A stretch of DNA of 64,000 nt from a virus. Its lineage: Duplodnaviria > Caudoviricetes. The notes beneath the pieces are model-generated. The model did no database searches and was not told the DNA's origin. It worked only from the letters and a program-made list of their open reading frames with translations. The position numbers and the translations under genes are program-made. The stretch spans positions 39,833-103,832 of the IMG/VR virus record IMGVR_UViG_2974732664_000001; one strand, given 5' to 3'. Positions 13,101 to 28,011 of the stretch are shown here, in pieces; the stretch's first letter is position 1; each line of letters opens with the position of its first letter.

Positions 13101-16100
13101 CTTATCGAGAACTTTTCTGTTGTATTGCCACTTATAATAAGCAGGATCTCCAGTAAATACTTTTTCAAGTTCTATAGTAGAGATCATCTCGTTTGCTACA
13201 TTATTAGCTATTGCAGACAATGTACAGTCAGCAACATTACCAGCTTCATCTTCGTAGTAGTCAGATAATACTCTTCCACTCTTTCCGAATCTATTATGAT
13301 AGTAGTCGAGTATCTGTACAGGTATCGCTCTAGGAAGATATGTTTTACCATCAAAATAAACAACCTTTGTAGAACCATCGTCAGATATAGTCTGGAACTC
13401 ATCACTGACTCTAGACATAAGCATATGGTTTATGCCATCTTTTAGCATAGACGGATTTGATTTAACATAATCGTTAAGATCGTTTATATATCTTCTTATA
13501 AGTTCAAATCCATCAAGTTCGTTATCACCTTCCCTTATAGTACCAAGACCGCCATTCTTAACAGGATTCTTTTCTATAGCCTACTGTTTGTTGTAAAGGA
13601 ATTCAAGATATTGGTTAAGATTCATCTCTTTACCATTGTCATCCTTTATCTTTATAGCGTCATAGAAGTATCTGAACATTCCGCCGTTTCCAGCCATATT
13701 CATTCTACCATCCTTAATCTTTCCATGGAAGTTGTCTCTTGCTCTTCCTGGATTATTTACAAAGTATGCTATATTCTTTCTATCGTAGTATTGTTTAAGC
13801 GATTCAAGCTCATCGTTAAAATATCCAACAAATCTATTAAGGGTACCTTCGGAGAATCTTAAGGCATTCCATTTACCAGCTTCATCTGTATGGTTATACG
13901 TAATAAGATCGTGCACACATAATCCGTCAGATAATATTTTTACTTCTGCGTCCTTTGCAAGAGGATCATAAGATATAGAATACCATGTCTTTTTATCAGC
14001 CATTGTAGGGAATACAAGCATGTTGTTATGCTTCATAACCATCTTTGAAATATAGTCTGCAAGAGGTGTTATTCCAAAGTAATCATCTCCAGTATTCTCT
14101 CTAGTATCTTTTATTCCAACAAATGCATTAAGCTTAAACTTGTTTGTATTATCTCCAGGTCTATCTCCAAGCTGATCGTTTCTAGCTATATTAAGAATAG
14201 AACTGTGCTTAGCGTATGGCGACAACATCATCTATTCAACAATGCCATCCTTATTATCATTTATATGACGAAGTTTATCAGAAGCTTCATTATTCTCGCT
14301 TATAGGATACAATGTAGCTCCATCTGGACCCTTAATACTTACATCGGTAGAAGACGGGTTAGTCTATGCATAAACCTCAGCCATCTTTGATATAGGTGTT
14401 TTTAAACCGTATCCAACAAACAGCTAATCAACTGTAACAACGTCCTTATTTCTCTTTGACTGTTTAGTTTCAAGATAAGGTTTTCCCTTATACTTATCAA
14501 GCAAATCAATAAAGTATGACAAAGAACCAGTTTGTTTATTAGTCTTCCATTTGTAATTATTTTTTGAGCCATTTTTCTTCTACATAGAGCCGCCGAGCAT
14601 CATCTATAAGGCCTAGAGCTATGCTAACATAGGATTTTTACCATCAGATTCATCCTTTACCTAATATGTATAAGCATCAAGTGTTTCTCTGTCGAATGGT
14701 ATACCCATGTAGTTAAGGATTTTAACAACCTGTGTAGCGGCTTCATCGTAAGCATAAGACAAATCTTGAATAGTATGTTCATTAAGAACTTTAGAAAGAT
14801 CTATGGCATCCTGGCGCATCTTTACAAGTGTGTCTACATACTCTGGGTTTATAATAGTCTAGCCATCTTTAGAAACAATTACATTAGAAGAAGCAAATTC
14901 CTAACTCCATAAACGTGGCTAGTTTCTCTTTGCCTTGAGCGTATTATCATTTCTTATCTCCCAATTACGCTTCTCATCTGTAGGTATTTCTACTACAGAT
15001 GAAACCATGTCTTCTGGAAGGTCCATGATGCCCATAGATTTTTCTACTGGGTCATTAAGCCAAATCTATGCTACTTGATTATAAGAACTCTTTACTGTAG
15101 CAAGTATCTGGTTTTCAAGCTCTATATCTCCTTCTATTTCTTCAAGCTTATCATTAAGAGCGACAAATAAAGCCATCTTTCTATCAGCGAGCTATTTAAC
15201 TTTACCTCTAATTGAATTAGCTGCAAACACACCAGTATTTTGATCTATATTATCATAAGATTCGCACATCCACAAATTCTTTAGTATAGAGCTCCATGCT
15301 TCGCTATAGCTCCAATACAAAGGAACATCGCTAATAATGTCATTAAACTATGTCTCGTACTCACGTTCTCCTGTTTCTGAGTCAAGAACAAACTTACCTT
15401 TTTCTATAAGACTCAAGAAAAGCTTAGCTCTAAATGCTACATTGTCTTTTTTACTTATAGACAACTACATTACATCCCAAGTATTATCTGCTCTATCGCC
15501 AATATCTCTAGACTGATCGTCGTCGTTTATAGAATCTTTATTTGTAAGATCATTAGTCTCATCCATCTATGAGAATTTCTTTACATTTGCCTTTATTCCA
15601 TACTAAGAAAACACATTGGCTACAATACCTTCAAAAGCTTTAGGATTATTACAGATATCGTTTATTATAGATTGCTTTAACGGATCTGATTCAAACTCAT
15701 TGTTATTCTTTAAATCTTCAATAAGATCATTGAATTTAGATACCTTTTTGCTATTAATATCGTTTGGGGTTTTAAAACCGTAATCGCTTAATAACTTCTG
15801 CGCCAAGGCTACACCACACTGATAGAATGTATGATAATCCTTTATTCCTTCAAGCTTATCGAGAGTAGATTGATCTACAGTAGGAACATAGTAGTCTGCT
15901 GAAGCTACGCCGTTTGGATATCTGTTCTCAAACTCCTTTATAGAGTCTTTGTCCATATGTACGTCAAAATACTGTCCATTATTAATGGCGTTAAATACAT
16001 TGCGTACAATATCTTTCTTTCTGGATACCTTTACAAAATCAAGTATATTGTTATACAATCTCTTGATCGTGTTAATGATTCCCTTTCCGTTTCGCATTTC

Positions 16101-19100
16101 TGCATATCTACGGAAATCTTCAGCCATCAACTCTTCGACTTCTCCGAATGTAATATTCTTTAAGTTGTGTGATTTAATATAAGCATCATATAATCTAAGT
16201 CTCTATGCTTTATTATTTAACAGCAAATTAACGTAATGCCATGCTTCATGATAATGAATACCATATCCAGCCTCATTAGATAAAGTGATAACACCGTTTA
16301 CCTATCTATCTATATAATCTGCTGCAAGACTTGTGATACCATATACCTTACTATTTTCGCAGCTTTTAAGAACACCGTCAAGAACGACAACTTTAGTCTC
16401 ATCTAATCCAAGCTTTTCGCTAAGCCATTTTCTAGCAGCTTTCTCATCAAATTTTCCTTTTGATTTGAATCTAGAGAATACTCCAGTATATCCATCCTAT
16501 CTAACCTTGCTGTTACGAAGTATAGACAATGGATCCTATGCGTTTATATGAAGTTTTCCATTTACACCAACATTAAGTATAGGAACATAGCCCTTACTTG
16601 CAACATTCTTAAGCATAGTATCAGATACAAAAGTAAGATCTTTTACATCAAACTTCTAACCTTCCTAAGAATTGGCATAATCTACATATTTCTATACATG
16701 CTATGCAATAATACGTTTAACTTCATCTAACGATTTACCTTCTACATCCTCTTTGAGTACATCAATTACAACTATATCATATATACCACGTTTTCTATAG
16801 TTGTTTAACACATCTTTTCTAGCATCATCAGACAGAACTAAGAAATCATCTTTAGTAACCTTCTATTTCTATGAATCGCTCTTATATCTGCTCTGCATTC
16901 TGCTTATAGCCTCATCAGTAAATCTCTTTGCTGCTATATTTGCCTCTGCTTCAATTACGCTAGGATTCTCCTATTTTTTGCTTTCCCTCTTTACCTTTGC
17001 TACAGCCTTCTTCTTTGTTGAAGCCTGCACTCCGTCGGAATATATAAATGGTGCGTAGAAATGTTGTGGGGCTAAGTCTGTAAGAAGCTTGCCATTATTT
17101 ATCATCCATGCAGCAAGTGATACCTTTTTAGGATTAAGCTAACCATTCTTGTTTGTAGAGAATAACTCATCTCTCTTAAATTCGAGCTGATTAAGACCAA
17201 AGAATTTATATGATTTAGCTTTAGGATTATTCTCAAAATACTATCTTAAGAACGCAGATAATTTAGGCATAGATTTATTAAAATGTTCGACCATATCTGC
17301 TTTATCTGTGTTCCAGTGTAAATTGTTTGCTATATATCTAATAGTAGACCTTCTTGTCTTCTCAGACTAATCGCCAAACAACTAATCCATAGATAGTTTT
17401 AAATCCTATCTAGTGCCCGGTTTGGTTAACACAAGCTAATTCTTCTCATCGTCGAAATAGAACTGCTTAGAAGCTAAATAAGGGTGCTTTTTATCAGCTT
17501 TAGTAGCAAATGTAGTATGTACGCTTAACGCAAGCAGATCTGCAATCAATCCCTGGTTACCTTCAAATTCTTCTGGATTAATTCTACCAGTAACCATGTA
17601 TAATATAAGCTCAGCCATAGATAGTGTGGCATTTCTATTTATTTTTCCTGTATTTGGATCTATAGCTAACTACATATTAACAGGATCAATAAACTGCATC
17701 TTACCATCTTTGCCCTAAACCTAATTGAATCTTTCTTCTCTAAGCATTACAGGAACAATGTATCCACTAGGACCTGTTATCGTAAAGTACAATTTACCAG
17801 AATAACCTTTACCGTCTATTGTGTCTCCAGAAGGTTTGTAGAGATTACGAATAAGAAATCTATTACCTTCATCAGCCATTACTCCGGTACCATAGCCAAG
17901 TGTTATAGTGCCATTCTCGAGCTACATTGTAAGTTCTTCTGGATCAGAAGGAATGCCAAGATTCAAATCTTTTTCTGTAAGTAGTCTAAAATCAACAAGA
18001 TTATTTTCAAGTTTTGGTCTAGTCTATATTTTACCGTTACTTATACTAGCTTCTTGTGGCTTTACATCAGTTCTAATAGTCTATGGTATTATATACTTAC
18101 CATCTTTAAATGTGCAATACGCTTCAATTATAGCGTTTCTATTATCTCTAAGTCTCTAGATTTGCTGTGTAACCTAATTGTTTGTCAAAGGAACCTTGCC
18201 TGGAAGAGCTGACTTGTTTCTAGTAGTATCGTCTATATATGCACGTATCTAACCGGCGTTTTCTGGATCACTTTCATGTAGGTTGTTATACCAATCTATT
18301 ACTTTCTTATTCAGTTTATCATCGTTTTCCAGAAGAGATTGATCAACATTATTATGAAGTAAGTAATAATTTTTCGCTGTCTCAAACAGATTGACCTTAT
18401 ATGCATCCATATCGACGCCTATAAATTTAAGTTTATTAGCGAGCTCATATGAAAGATCAACATCTGTGTTTTTCTTATACTCGTAATGGTATTTACCTAT
18501 TGCTCTAAGTGCAGAGAAGTATATCTTATTGCCATCTCTTATAGCCAAAGATACTGTGAATAAATCTCTTTCGTCACCAATATTTCCTTTCTGGTATTTC
18601 TGCATCTATGACACAACGTAGAACTTATCAGCTTTTTCAAACCATCCTTTCTATGTAAGTTTCTGTGCAAGTTCTGCACCAGTACCAATAGTACATCCAT
18701 CTGGTAATTTTACATCCTTACCGTCAACTCTTATATCCATAGGTTCTTCTGCATCAGGTCTATAGAAGAATGTATGATCAATGTATCTTCTCTCTATATC
18801 TTCAGACTCCTATACAGCTTGTGGTTTAGGTTTTCTATCATCGTATACTCCAGATGTATCAGTTGACTCAGTTGGGTTATCCATATTACTAAGAGTATCA
18901 GACTCACTCTATATATCTACATCCAACTTTTCTGGAAGATCCTCTATGTTTAAAGTTCCGTTATCATCGTACTTCTTAGGTAATACTTCTGGTTCTTCTT
19001 GTTCTAAAGGATTTTCTATATTGAGCGTATCTTCTGCATCAATACTTTTAGGATCAATAACCTACGCAGTCTTACCTTCTTTATAAGGAACCTGGTCTAT

Positions 19101-22100
19101 ATCATCGTTGCTATCTTCTGGATTGTCGTCAGGAAAGTCCTAATCATCCTGAATTCGTTCAGCACTAAGACCAGTATCAGCAATTGTTTTATCTGGAGTT
19201 AAGTCTGGAGAATTGTTATCGTCTTTCTTTTCTGGCTCATCATCCTCTTGTACCTGCTACTGTTCTATCTATTTCTCTGTATTATCCTAAACACCGGTAT
19301 CCGTACTATTTTGCTAAGCTTCTTGAGATTTTCCTGGCTTTATAGCTATAGCTCTACCGTTATTATCATCATCTTTCTCATCTGTGAAATCAGTAGAATC
19401 TGATTGTTCCACCACGGCTTTCTACTTCTACTGTTTTTCCCTAAGCTTCTACTACTATTTATCTTCAGTAGGGCTCATTCCTAAAGCTTCTTCGAGGTTT
19501 CTTTCATTTTCTGTAGAACCTTGCTGAGAATTATCCATAGCTGCATCAAGCTCAGATGTGTCAAGCACTGACTTATCCTAAGATATTGGCTGCACATTTA
19601 TATCTTCAGCCTCTTTCTCAATATCTGGACTCTTAGGCTCACCAGCAAGATCTTTAATTCTCTGAGTTACTTCTTCATCGGCTGTACCTTCTTCAGCTTG
19701 CTAAACGTCATCTTGTGTAAGTGGTCTTTCTTGATTCCATTCTCTACGAGCTATACGCATACGATTCTTTTTGTCAGCAAGAACTGAACCAATAAGATCT
19801 CTAGCAGCCTTTCTTTCCATATCAGTAAGGCGAAAAATATCATCCATACTCATATTAGATGTGTCGTCATTACCTTCAATCTTATCTCTTAATTCTGCGT
19901 ATTTTTTAGATAGATATTTTATGGAATTTCTCTTCTTGTTCTACTCATTCGAGTATGCCGCTCTGACCTACGCTTCAGTTGGAGATTGTTTGCCTTGCTC
20001 TTGGTATAAACCCTATACCTTTTTAGTGAACTCTGACTTTTGCTCATCTGACAATTCGCTCCAGTTCTATTCTCTTCTAGAAAAATACACGGATCTAGGG
20101 TCAACTTGTCCTGTAGTAAATGCTACAGACATTGGCTTTAGCACATTGAATAAAGCGTCGTTTATAAGAAATGCCTAATAAGCATTGTCTATTTCATCCT
20201 GGTTATCAAAGTCCTAGTAATATTCAAAGATTGAGTCATATGTTATCTTTTTATGCTATTTCTCCTTGTCACTTATAGAGGCATTTAACAAATCAATCTT
20301 TTCATTGTATGCTAATATATCTTTAGAATTCTCTACTTCATTCTTTCTGTTCTATACAAGCTTATCAAGGTAATCAATCATACCGGTAAGCTTGTCAGTA
20401 TTGATATCCGTTCCTGTTTCATTAGATATTAACTAAAGCCTTCTTTTTTGATCCTTTAAATCTTTAGCCAACTTCTAAGCTGCCTTATACAATCTATAGG
20501 TGAATATTGATTCAAGTCTAGACTATATATATTCATCCTCTGGACCAACCTTGAACTCATCACGCTCATTCATTGCGTTTTCGATAGCCTCATCCAAAGG
20601 TATTCTTTGTGGATCATATTCATAATAAGCTTCATTATTATCATCTTCATAATAAGCTTCATTCTTATCGATCCACTCTTGACCAGCTTTCTTTCCTTCT
20701 TCAGAGTTCTTGAATTGATTTCTTCTATCGTTTATAAATTCATTAAACCTCTGGTATTCCTGCTCTATTTTATTAATAATATTAGATAGCGTTGGATTGT
20801 CTTCCTATACAGTCTTATTTATTATAGAATCAATGTTGTTTCTAGCTTTCTCGTAATCTTTTGCTGCGTTATTAGAATCTATCATGACTCTAACAGCCGC
20901 TTGTACGAGCTATTTATGATCTTCACTATTTCTAGAAATGTTTAGATCTTTCATAGACTGTTCAAGGTTCTTGTTGTTGTATGCAAACCACGCAGCATTA
21001 AGAAGCTCTTTGTCATTCTCTATATAACTATCTGAGCCATCTTGCAATAAAGAACCCTTGTACTTTTTCATATCATCAAGAGACGTCTGTAGTCTATCTT
21101 TATTTACGCCAGCTCTACTAAATGCGTCAAAGAATATTCCTATATGATCATTATCTTGTGCAAGTTGATAATTATTAGCAGCTATACTGCGAATAACATT
21201 ATCATTTCTAAGCTATGCTACAGTATTTCTCAAACTATACTTATCGCTTGAGCTAAAAGGGCTAGTACTACCTTCTCTGTATGGAGCTAATAAGTTTTTA
21301 ACATCATGAGGAATTCTGAACAGTAATCCTGTCATAGCTCCTATTTCCATAGATCTCCTTAATTCTGCATCACCATTATCTGGGTCTCCAGATGATATTC
21401 CAAGATAAGCTGCTGCAGCATCTACGTTCAAGAACAGGTTATCAAATACACTTGGCAAATAAAAAGAAGACTCACCTGTTGAGTAATTATCATATTCTCC
21501 TCTTTTAAATCTAGATGTAAGTAACTACTGTTTACCTTCTTCAAGAGCCTCGGATGTAGCAAGAGGGAATAATCTTTCAAATTTCTTTGCAAGATATTTT
21601 GAACCATGAACAAATTTGAGCCTATCACCTATATTGCTAAATTTACTCATAGCTACTCTATCTATAGCATTATCTATGACTCCAGTAGCGGCAGCTTTTG
21701 TGGCCTTGTCTAATACCTTATCCTATATGTGCATCTTTGGAACTCTAGAAAACACGTTGTTAGCAGCTTTAGATATCACTCCTCTCGTATAATCCATAAA
21801 AGGTAAAGCTTGTAAATAATCCTCGAACGCCATTGCGTTATTATCATTTATAAGCTTAGCTAAACCCTTTCTAGAGTCTACTTTAATCTTATCGAAGTTA
21901 GCATCACCTGTAGGTATATTGTAAGCTAATGCGAGCTTTACTTTTTCAATCTAATCAAGGTCTTTTGAATCTACGCCTATACGCTTAGAATACTAATCGA
22001 CAGCATTAAATACCTTGCTAAAATCTACATCTGTTTTATATGAAGAATCCAAAACTCTTTGTGCTAAAGCATTTATAGCTTCACCATTAGTCTCCGACTA

Positions 22101-23525
22101 GCGCATTTGTTTTGTCCAATATATTTCAGCTGCAGCAGTAGAGCCACCTATTATTTTTCTAGCAGTTTTTACTCTACTTAACACATTAGCAACTTGATCT
22201 ACATTTTTTGCAGAATTAAAAGCTTTTGCCATATCTTCAGCAGTAAGTACAATGCCTAGTCCAGGAATCTTTCTAGTAAGGAATTTTACAGCTGCTTTTG
22301 TAGCCAATGCACCACCAGCATTAGTTGCTATCATTCCTGCGAAACTTGCAGCATCGCTATATGATGTACCTATCTCTGGTACTAAATAACCCCATTGTGT
22401 AGGGTCGATAATAGAACCAATTAAACCGCCTCTATTCTGATTCTAAAGGTCTCTAAATTCCGGATTAATCTTCTTAGGATCAAATAGCCAATTACCATTT
22501 TTATATTGATTTATGGCTGATCTTAACGAAATCTCCTTCTTGTTCTGCTCTCTGTCAAGATCGGTTTTTAATGCATTTATCTTTGTCTACAATAATTGTG
22601 ATCCATCTTTTGTTAAATATCCTTCAAATAAATTATCGTAATTACTAGTACCATTCTTTATAGCACGCTTAATAAACGTTCCACTTTTATCGCCACCAAT
22701 TGCCTAAGGAAGAACACTACCTATAGCATCCCATGTAGTAAGTGCTATATTCTAAAGACCTTCAGATAATGTATCAGCTGTGTATTTTAATGCATTAATC
22801 ATAGTACCAAAAATACCATTGGTATTAAACTACTAATGAGTGACTAATGTATTATCTTTAAGAGCAGCTAAATAATCGCTAGCCCCAGCTTTATTTGTAT
22901 CGTAGAATAAATCTAAAAATACGTCGTCATTCTTATGCTATTTAAAGAAATCTTGGTATTTCTTAACTTGATCATCTACCTTTATAATAGCATCCTATAA
23001 TTGTCTAGTCTATTCCTTTGAGGCGTATCCATGACTCTTAAAGGCTCTATATTGATTTATGAGATTCTATCTTTGTTTTAGAAGATTATTGTAGTCCTAA
23101 GCTATTTTTAGAGCACACTATTGGAAAGTAATATTATCAAGCTCTTTTTCTTTAGAATCTACGTAGGCTCCATACCCTTTCTCGAATGTAAGCCTATACA
23201 TATCCTTGAAAGAGAATTTGTCCCATCTCTCTTTCATCTTGTTTAAGTCCCAAGAATCTCCTAAAAGGAAATCGCCAAGGGAACCACTATTGCTTTCTTC
23301 TGTATCTACAACAGCTTTACCATGTTTATCAATCGTAGTATACGCAGGGAATGTCATATTATTAAAATCACTGACATCTGTATAGGCGCCCATACTCCCC
23401 TCAACATAAGGAGCGGCGTAGTCAGCACTTCTTTGTGCTACACTACGCTGTAAATCCTACGCTATCTAAGCTCCTCTACTATACGCCTAGTTGTATGTAA
23501 ACGTCTTTTTATTTTTATTTGCCAT
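7194..23525 (-). CDS. virion RNA polymerase polyprotein (~5443 aa, code 15)
   Basis: About 20 ORF-track fragments share one frame, and where read they are separated only by TAG. Catalytic GSDFDVD at 10917-10931 and GYRIPTQG; zincin HEAWH at ~16240 followed by EELMAEDF; acidic linker at ~18800-19700; ends ...NKKC-TAA. Confidence 0.85.
11100..11282 (-). other. RNAP alpha-subunit CTD-like (HhH) domain inside the virion RNAP
   Basis: KIEDFNLSVKLLRILQKNNVYTIKDVI...QIGNKLQLELKDLLDNVNLDFNT matches the RpoA CTD pattern by eye. Confidence 0.7.
20621..20664. repeat. short tandem duplication encoding NEAYYE twice
   Basis: tcataataagcttcatt occurs twice with a 27-nt period, in frame within the polyprotein. 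Confidence 0.7.
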
Positions 23526-23534
23526 AATATTTTA

Positions 23535-25457
23535 TTAACCTATCATTAATGAAGAATTTTGTGCATCATTAGCCATCTTAAATGCATTACTAGATCCGAA
23601 TTCCTATTTATTGATATCTGTATTTATATCTCTTATCTTAAACGCACCATTATTCTGAATCGTTCTAGTCATAGGAACCTAGTAATATGTAGCAGATCCA
23701 ACTTTTTCTTTCTTTGTTACAGGCTTAGATGCTGCATCAAATGCATCAAGACCAAGTTCTGATGCTATCCTTGCTTTATCGTTATTAGAAGTAGCTCCGA
23801 TTGATACACAGAACTCACTGAATTGTTTTCCAGTAATTGTAACGTGTCCAGCTATATCGAACTACTTATGTTTGCCTGGTATCCATCCAGCATTAAGATC
23901 TTCGTTTACAAGTGCTCCTCTACCAGCAGATCCACTCTTAAGCCATCTATCAAACTTACGCATTGTCGTTGCATATCTAAGCCTCTTGTTACCTGTAACA
24001 TTTATTCTTCTAATCGGAGAATATCTTAAGTTAGAGTCTTTGAGATTTACAGCAAGATGTTTATTCTGCATTAGTTCAAATTGCTATGGTTTTTCTGTTC
24101 CTGCAAACTTATTTAAAAGCACCTTGTGCTCAGCAGAACCACCAGTTGGTTTATACATATATCCACTATACTGTTTATCGGCAGCCTAAGCAAGTTTCTT
24201 AGGATCATTAAATGTTCCAACATTTGTATAACTTGCATAGCCATCTGCGTTCAAAAGTCTTCTAGATGGCTAATATTGTCCATATTCATCAATCTGTACA
24301 AGGCCATTCTTCATAAGAGAATTAGGATTAACTTTAGCCTACTTAATGGCATTATTCCACCATGCTGCATGATCTCTTCCCTATTTTCTATATGCAACAG
24401 AAAGCTTTGTATTATTAGCTCTGTTTTGCCAATATTTAGATGCCCTCTGCATTGTATCAAATAAGTTTGTCATTACTTGATTATTCTTCTATCTCTATGA
24501 TGTTCTTTCAGATCTAGTAGACCACTACAATGGAGATTGCTGTCCATTTGCACCAGAACCACTAAGCTGAGCTTTAGGTATTGCGTCATCTTGATCCAAT
24601 TTATACTTAAGAACAGCAAGCCCTTTCTGGAATGCTCTGTTTTTAGCGGCCTCATTAGCCTAGAATCTCTGATCATCAAGATGTATCTAAACTTGATCTG
24701 GGCGTCTATCAATCTACGTATACTCTCTATTACGATTGATAATATCATCCTTAAGTGAGTCTATATCACCTCCGTACATATCAAGGTAATATCTTCCTAA
24801 ATCAGATTTTATCATATCCTTTATATTCGCATCAAGAATCTACTACATCTTCTTTGGAGATTTAGAATATACTTGATACATTCCTCCGGTCTTCTTAGTA
24901 GCCTCGTCATCATACTCAAGCTACATGTTATCAAACAGATTACTTGTCCAGTCCTTAAGGCTAGAATACTTAGATGGAGCTTCTCTTGTCCACATTCCGT
25001 CTGTAGATGGGTCCCAAGACTCCAATGTCTTACCACCCAATACAAATTTTTCAAAATCTGGATCATATGTACCATTACGCATAGCTTCTGCTCTATATCT
25101 CTAATAAGTCTTCATTGACTCATTCTGAGCTTTAAGGTTAGCTATTTCTGCATATGGTCTCTCTCTAATAATCTTGGCTATATACGCTCTTCCTTCTGCT
25201 GATCTAACAGGATCTATTCCGTTCTAATAGAGGTAATCTAATCCTTTGTTAACAGCTCCCCTTGTGATATCGTAAAACTCTTTATTTACATTAGCATTAG
25301 GCCCATATAGCTCACCGAATTCCTTAGCGAACTCCTTCTAGTCCTATACTGCCTAATTGTATTGTTCTCTTGCAGCACTGATGTACTATGACATCATGCT
25401 ACTATCCAGTAGGTCGATTATAGGCACCGCTACTGGCTCATCATACATTCCTATCAT
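23535..25457 (-). CDS. virion cargo protein (~640 aa, code 15)
   Basis: MIGMYDEPVAVPIIDLLD...; frame consistent with fragment 23862-24071; lies between cargo 1 and RNAP. Confidence 0.75.
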
Positions 25458-25466
25458 ACTTTATTA

Positions 25467-27239
25467 TTAATTAATAGATGGAACTTTAAAATTATTATTA
25501 TATAGCAGAAGACCCCTGATCATTTGATCTCTATTAATTGGGAACCCATATCTCGATATAAGCTCTTTGTTACCAGGTGCACTTATTCTAGTAAATCCAA
25601 TTGGTTCTTTAGAATTTTCTGCAAAAAGATCGCCGCCAAGATATTTGCTATAATCTTTTCTTAATTGATCCATTGGTATGCCCATGTACTTTTGATACGT
25701 TTGCATATATTTACTACCATCTGGTAAAGTTGGTATCATTTGAGGTATTAAATTAGACAAATGATCATTCTGTGTGGAAGTGGATTTTTTGTAATACATA
25801 TACTAAGACGATTTAGGGATACCATTGTTACCTTTAATAATTTTGTTCAATTTTTTCTAAGCTTCAAAATACTTATCCCAATCTATTGTATCTAAGTAAT
25901 TTGTATGATAATATGGTAAATTTGGCAATGGTAAATTACTAATGTCAGAAATAGCCTTCTACTACCAATCTCCATACGGCTAAATGCTACGTTGGTACAT
26001 ATTCATTTCGTACGGCTATCCGGTTGGCCTTATGTACGAATTATTTGCACCACTTCCTTTTGAATTGTTTGTACTACCAGTATTACCAGTTGTACCTTTA
26101 TTACCATCTGCTCCTATACCGTATATTGTTTTTAATGCTTCTTTCTTGTTGTCTACATCCTACTGATATATATCAAGAATATCGCCATACTGCTTGTTTT
26201 TAATGCGTTGTGACAACCATTTCTGACCAATAAGACCAAGATTAGATAAGTGTGTTTCTATACCCTTAATCTTAGCACCGTGTGCTCTATTGTAAGCCTC
26301 CCATCCATATTGGTTAGACTTCTGTAATCTCTGTGCATCACTATCACCAAGTCTGGCAGCCATCTCAGCATAAGCATTTCTATATGCAGCATTCTTTTCC
26401 TGTACATTCATGAGTGCATCAGCAACATTTCTCTAATTTCCTAAAGCTAAAGCTACTCTATTAGCCTATCTCTGACCACCTGTATAACCACCAGAATTAG
26501 CAAGCTAATAAGCAGCCTGTCTATCTTGTGCATATAATTTTTCAAGAACAGGATTAGCTGATACTCTATTACCAGCCATTGTCTGTAAAGCTATTGGTGC
26601 ATATTTATTAGCTGCATATATATTTGGCATTACAGGGTTTTCTCTACGCCAATGATTAATCATCTATGTTTCAAGCAGTGCTGGTAAAGCATAACCTGTA
26701 TCAAGCATAAGATTTGATACCTTTCCTTTTCCGCCTGTTGTGTAGGATTTCCAGAAACTTTTTCCTTTATCAAATCTATCTTTCCCGCAATTATGCTTAA
26801 TCTAAGCTGCGTAATCTTCGATCTAATGCTGTTTCTCTTGTCTGTCTGTAATATTCTTCATAGCTTGCAAAATAGGGGCTTTAGCGCGATCTAATTGATT
26901 TTTCTGAAGCTCAATCGTCTACTTTGATAAAGAGCTAAGATCGGATTTCTTACCTGCTCTTTTTTCAATATCATTATACATCTAAAGCTTAGCTGTCAAC
27001 GGGGCTACTTGGTCAGAAAACTTCATTCCATTGCTCCAGTCTATATCGTTACCAGCTATAACATTATTATCATCTCTTCTAACAGAGCTAGGCTAATTAT
27101 CAACCCCAACCTTACCCTTCGTTACAAGAGTGCCGGTACCATTTGTATAATCTATAATAGACTCTCCTTTACCGACCAAACTATTAACCGGACCAGCCTA
27201 ATAACCATTAGGTGTCCATACTTTATTTCCCTTTAACAT
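25467..27239 (-). CDS. cargo protein 1-like, C-terminal part (~590 aa, code 15)
   Basis: MLKGNKVWTPNG...NSLVGKGESI; Q/A/N-rich coiled-coil region; fragments share a frame. Confidence 0.7.
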
Positions 27240-28011
27240 ATCTTGGTTTTCTTAAATCTTTTCCTCGGTTAGCATATAATACATCATCATACGTGTTACC
27301 ATTATCTAAATAATATTGCTATGTAAGGCCTTCTGTTGCAGCTGATGATTGATTAACCTAGTTGATAAGATTAACTTTCTATTGTGCGTTAAATATCTTT
27401 CTACGCTATCTTTCTCTAGCTTTTTTACTTCTAAACAAGCCTCCGAATAATCCTGTGATAGCTCCAACTGCTCCTCCTATAAGTGTACCGACACCAGGTA
27501 TAGCTGAACCTATAGAGGCTCCAGCAGCGGCTCCAGATCCAACCATTCCTAACGTCGCATTTTTATTTGACTTAGATATATCATCCATAGCTTTCTGTCT
27601 GTTGATATCATTCTGTGCTTGGTAATTTACACCGAATGCCTAATCTGTTCTTTGTCCAGAATAAGCCATAAGTTCATCCGTTCCCTTTACTGCGTTCTGC
27701 ATGGAATTATATCCTTGTATCATTCCTATTATTCCATTAACAGCTCCTGTTACAGTACTAGAGCTTATTCCGCCTCCTCCTGCTGTCTAAACTACGCCTT
27801 TTGGGTTCCATTTTGAAGCTGGTGTTTGCCCAATATTAAATGACGCGCTAGAACTTCCTGCTCCAGCTATAGCTGATCCAGAAGGAGCGTTACCGCCAAT
27901 CATGCTTGTAAGATCATTAGCTTGATACTATTGTCCAAAACCAACTTTTGAATCTATACCATTATTGAATTTTGGCATATTGTTCATCTTTTTTCTCTAC
28001 TTTAACTCCAT
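27223..28011 (-). CDS. cargo protein 1-like, N-terminal part with glycine-zipper membrane segment (~262 aa)
   Basis: GAAAGASIGSAIPGVGTLIGGAVGAITGLFGGLF; directly follows the muzzle gene. Confidence 0.7.
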
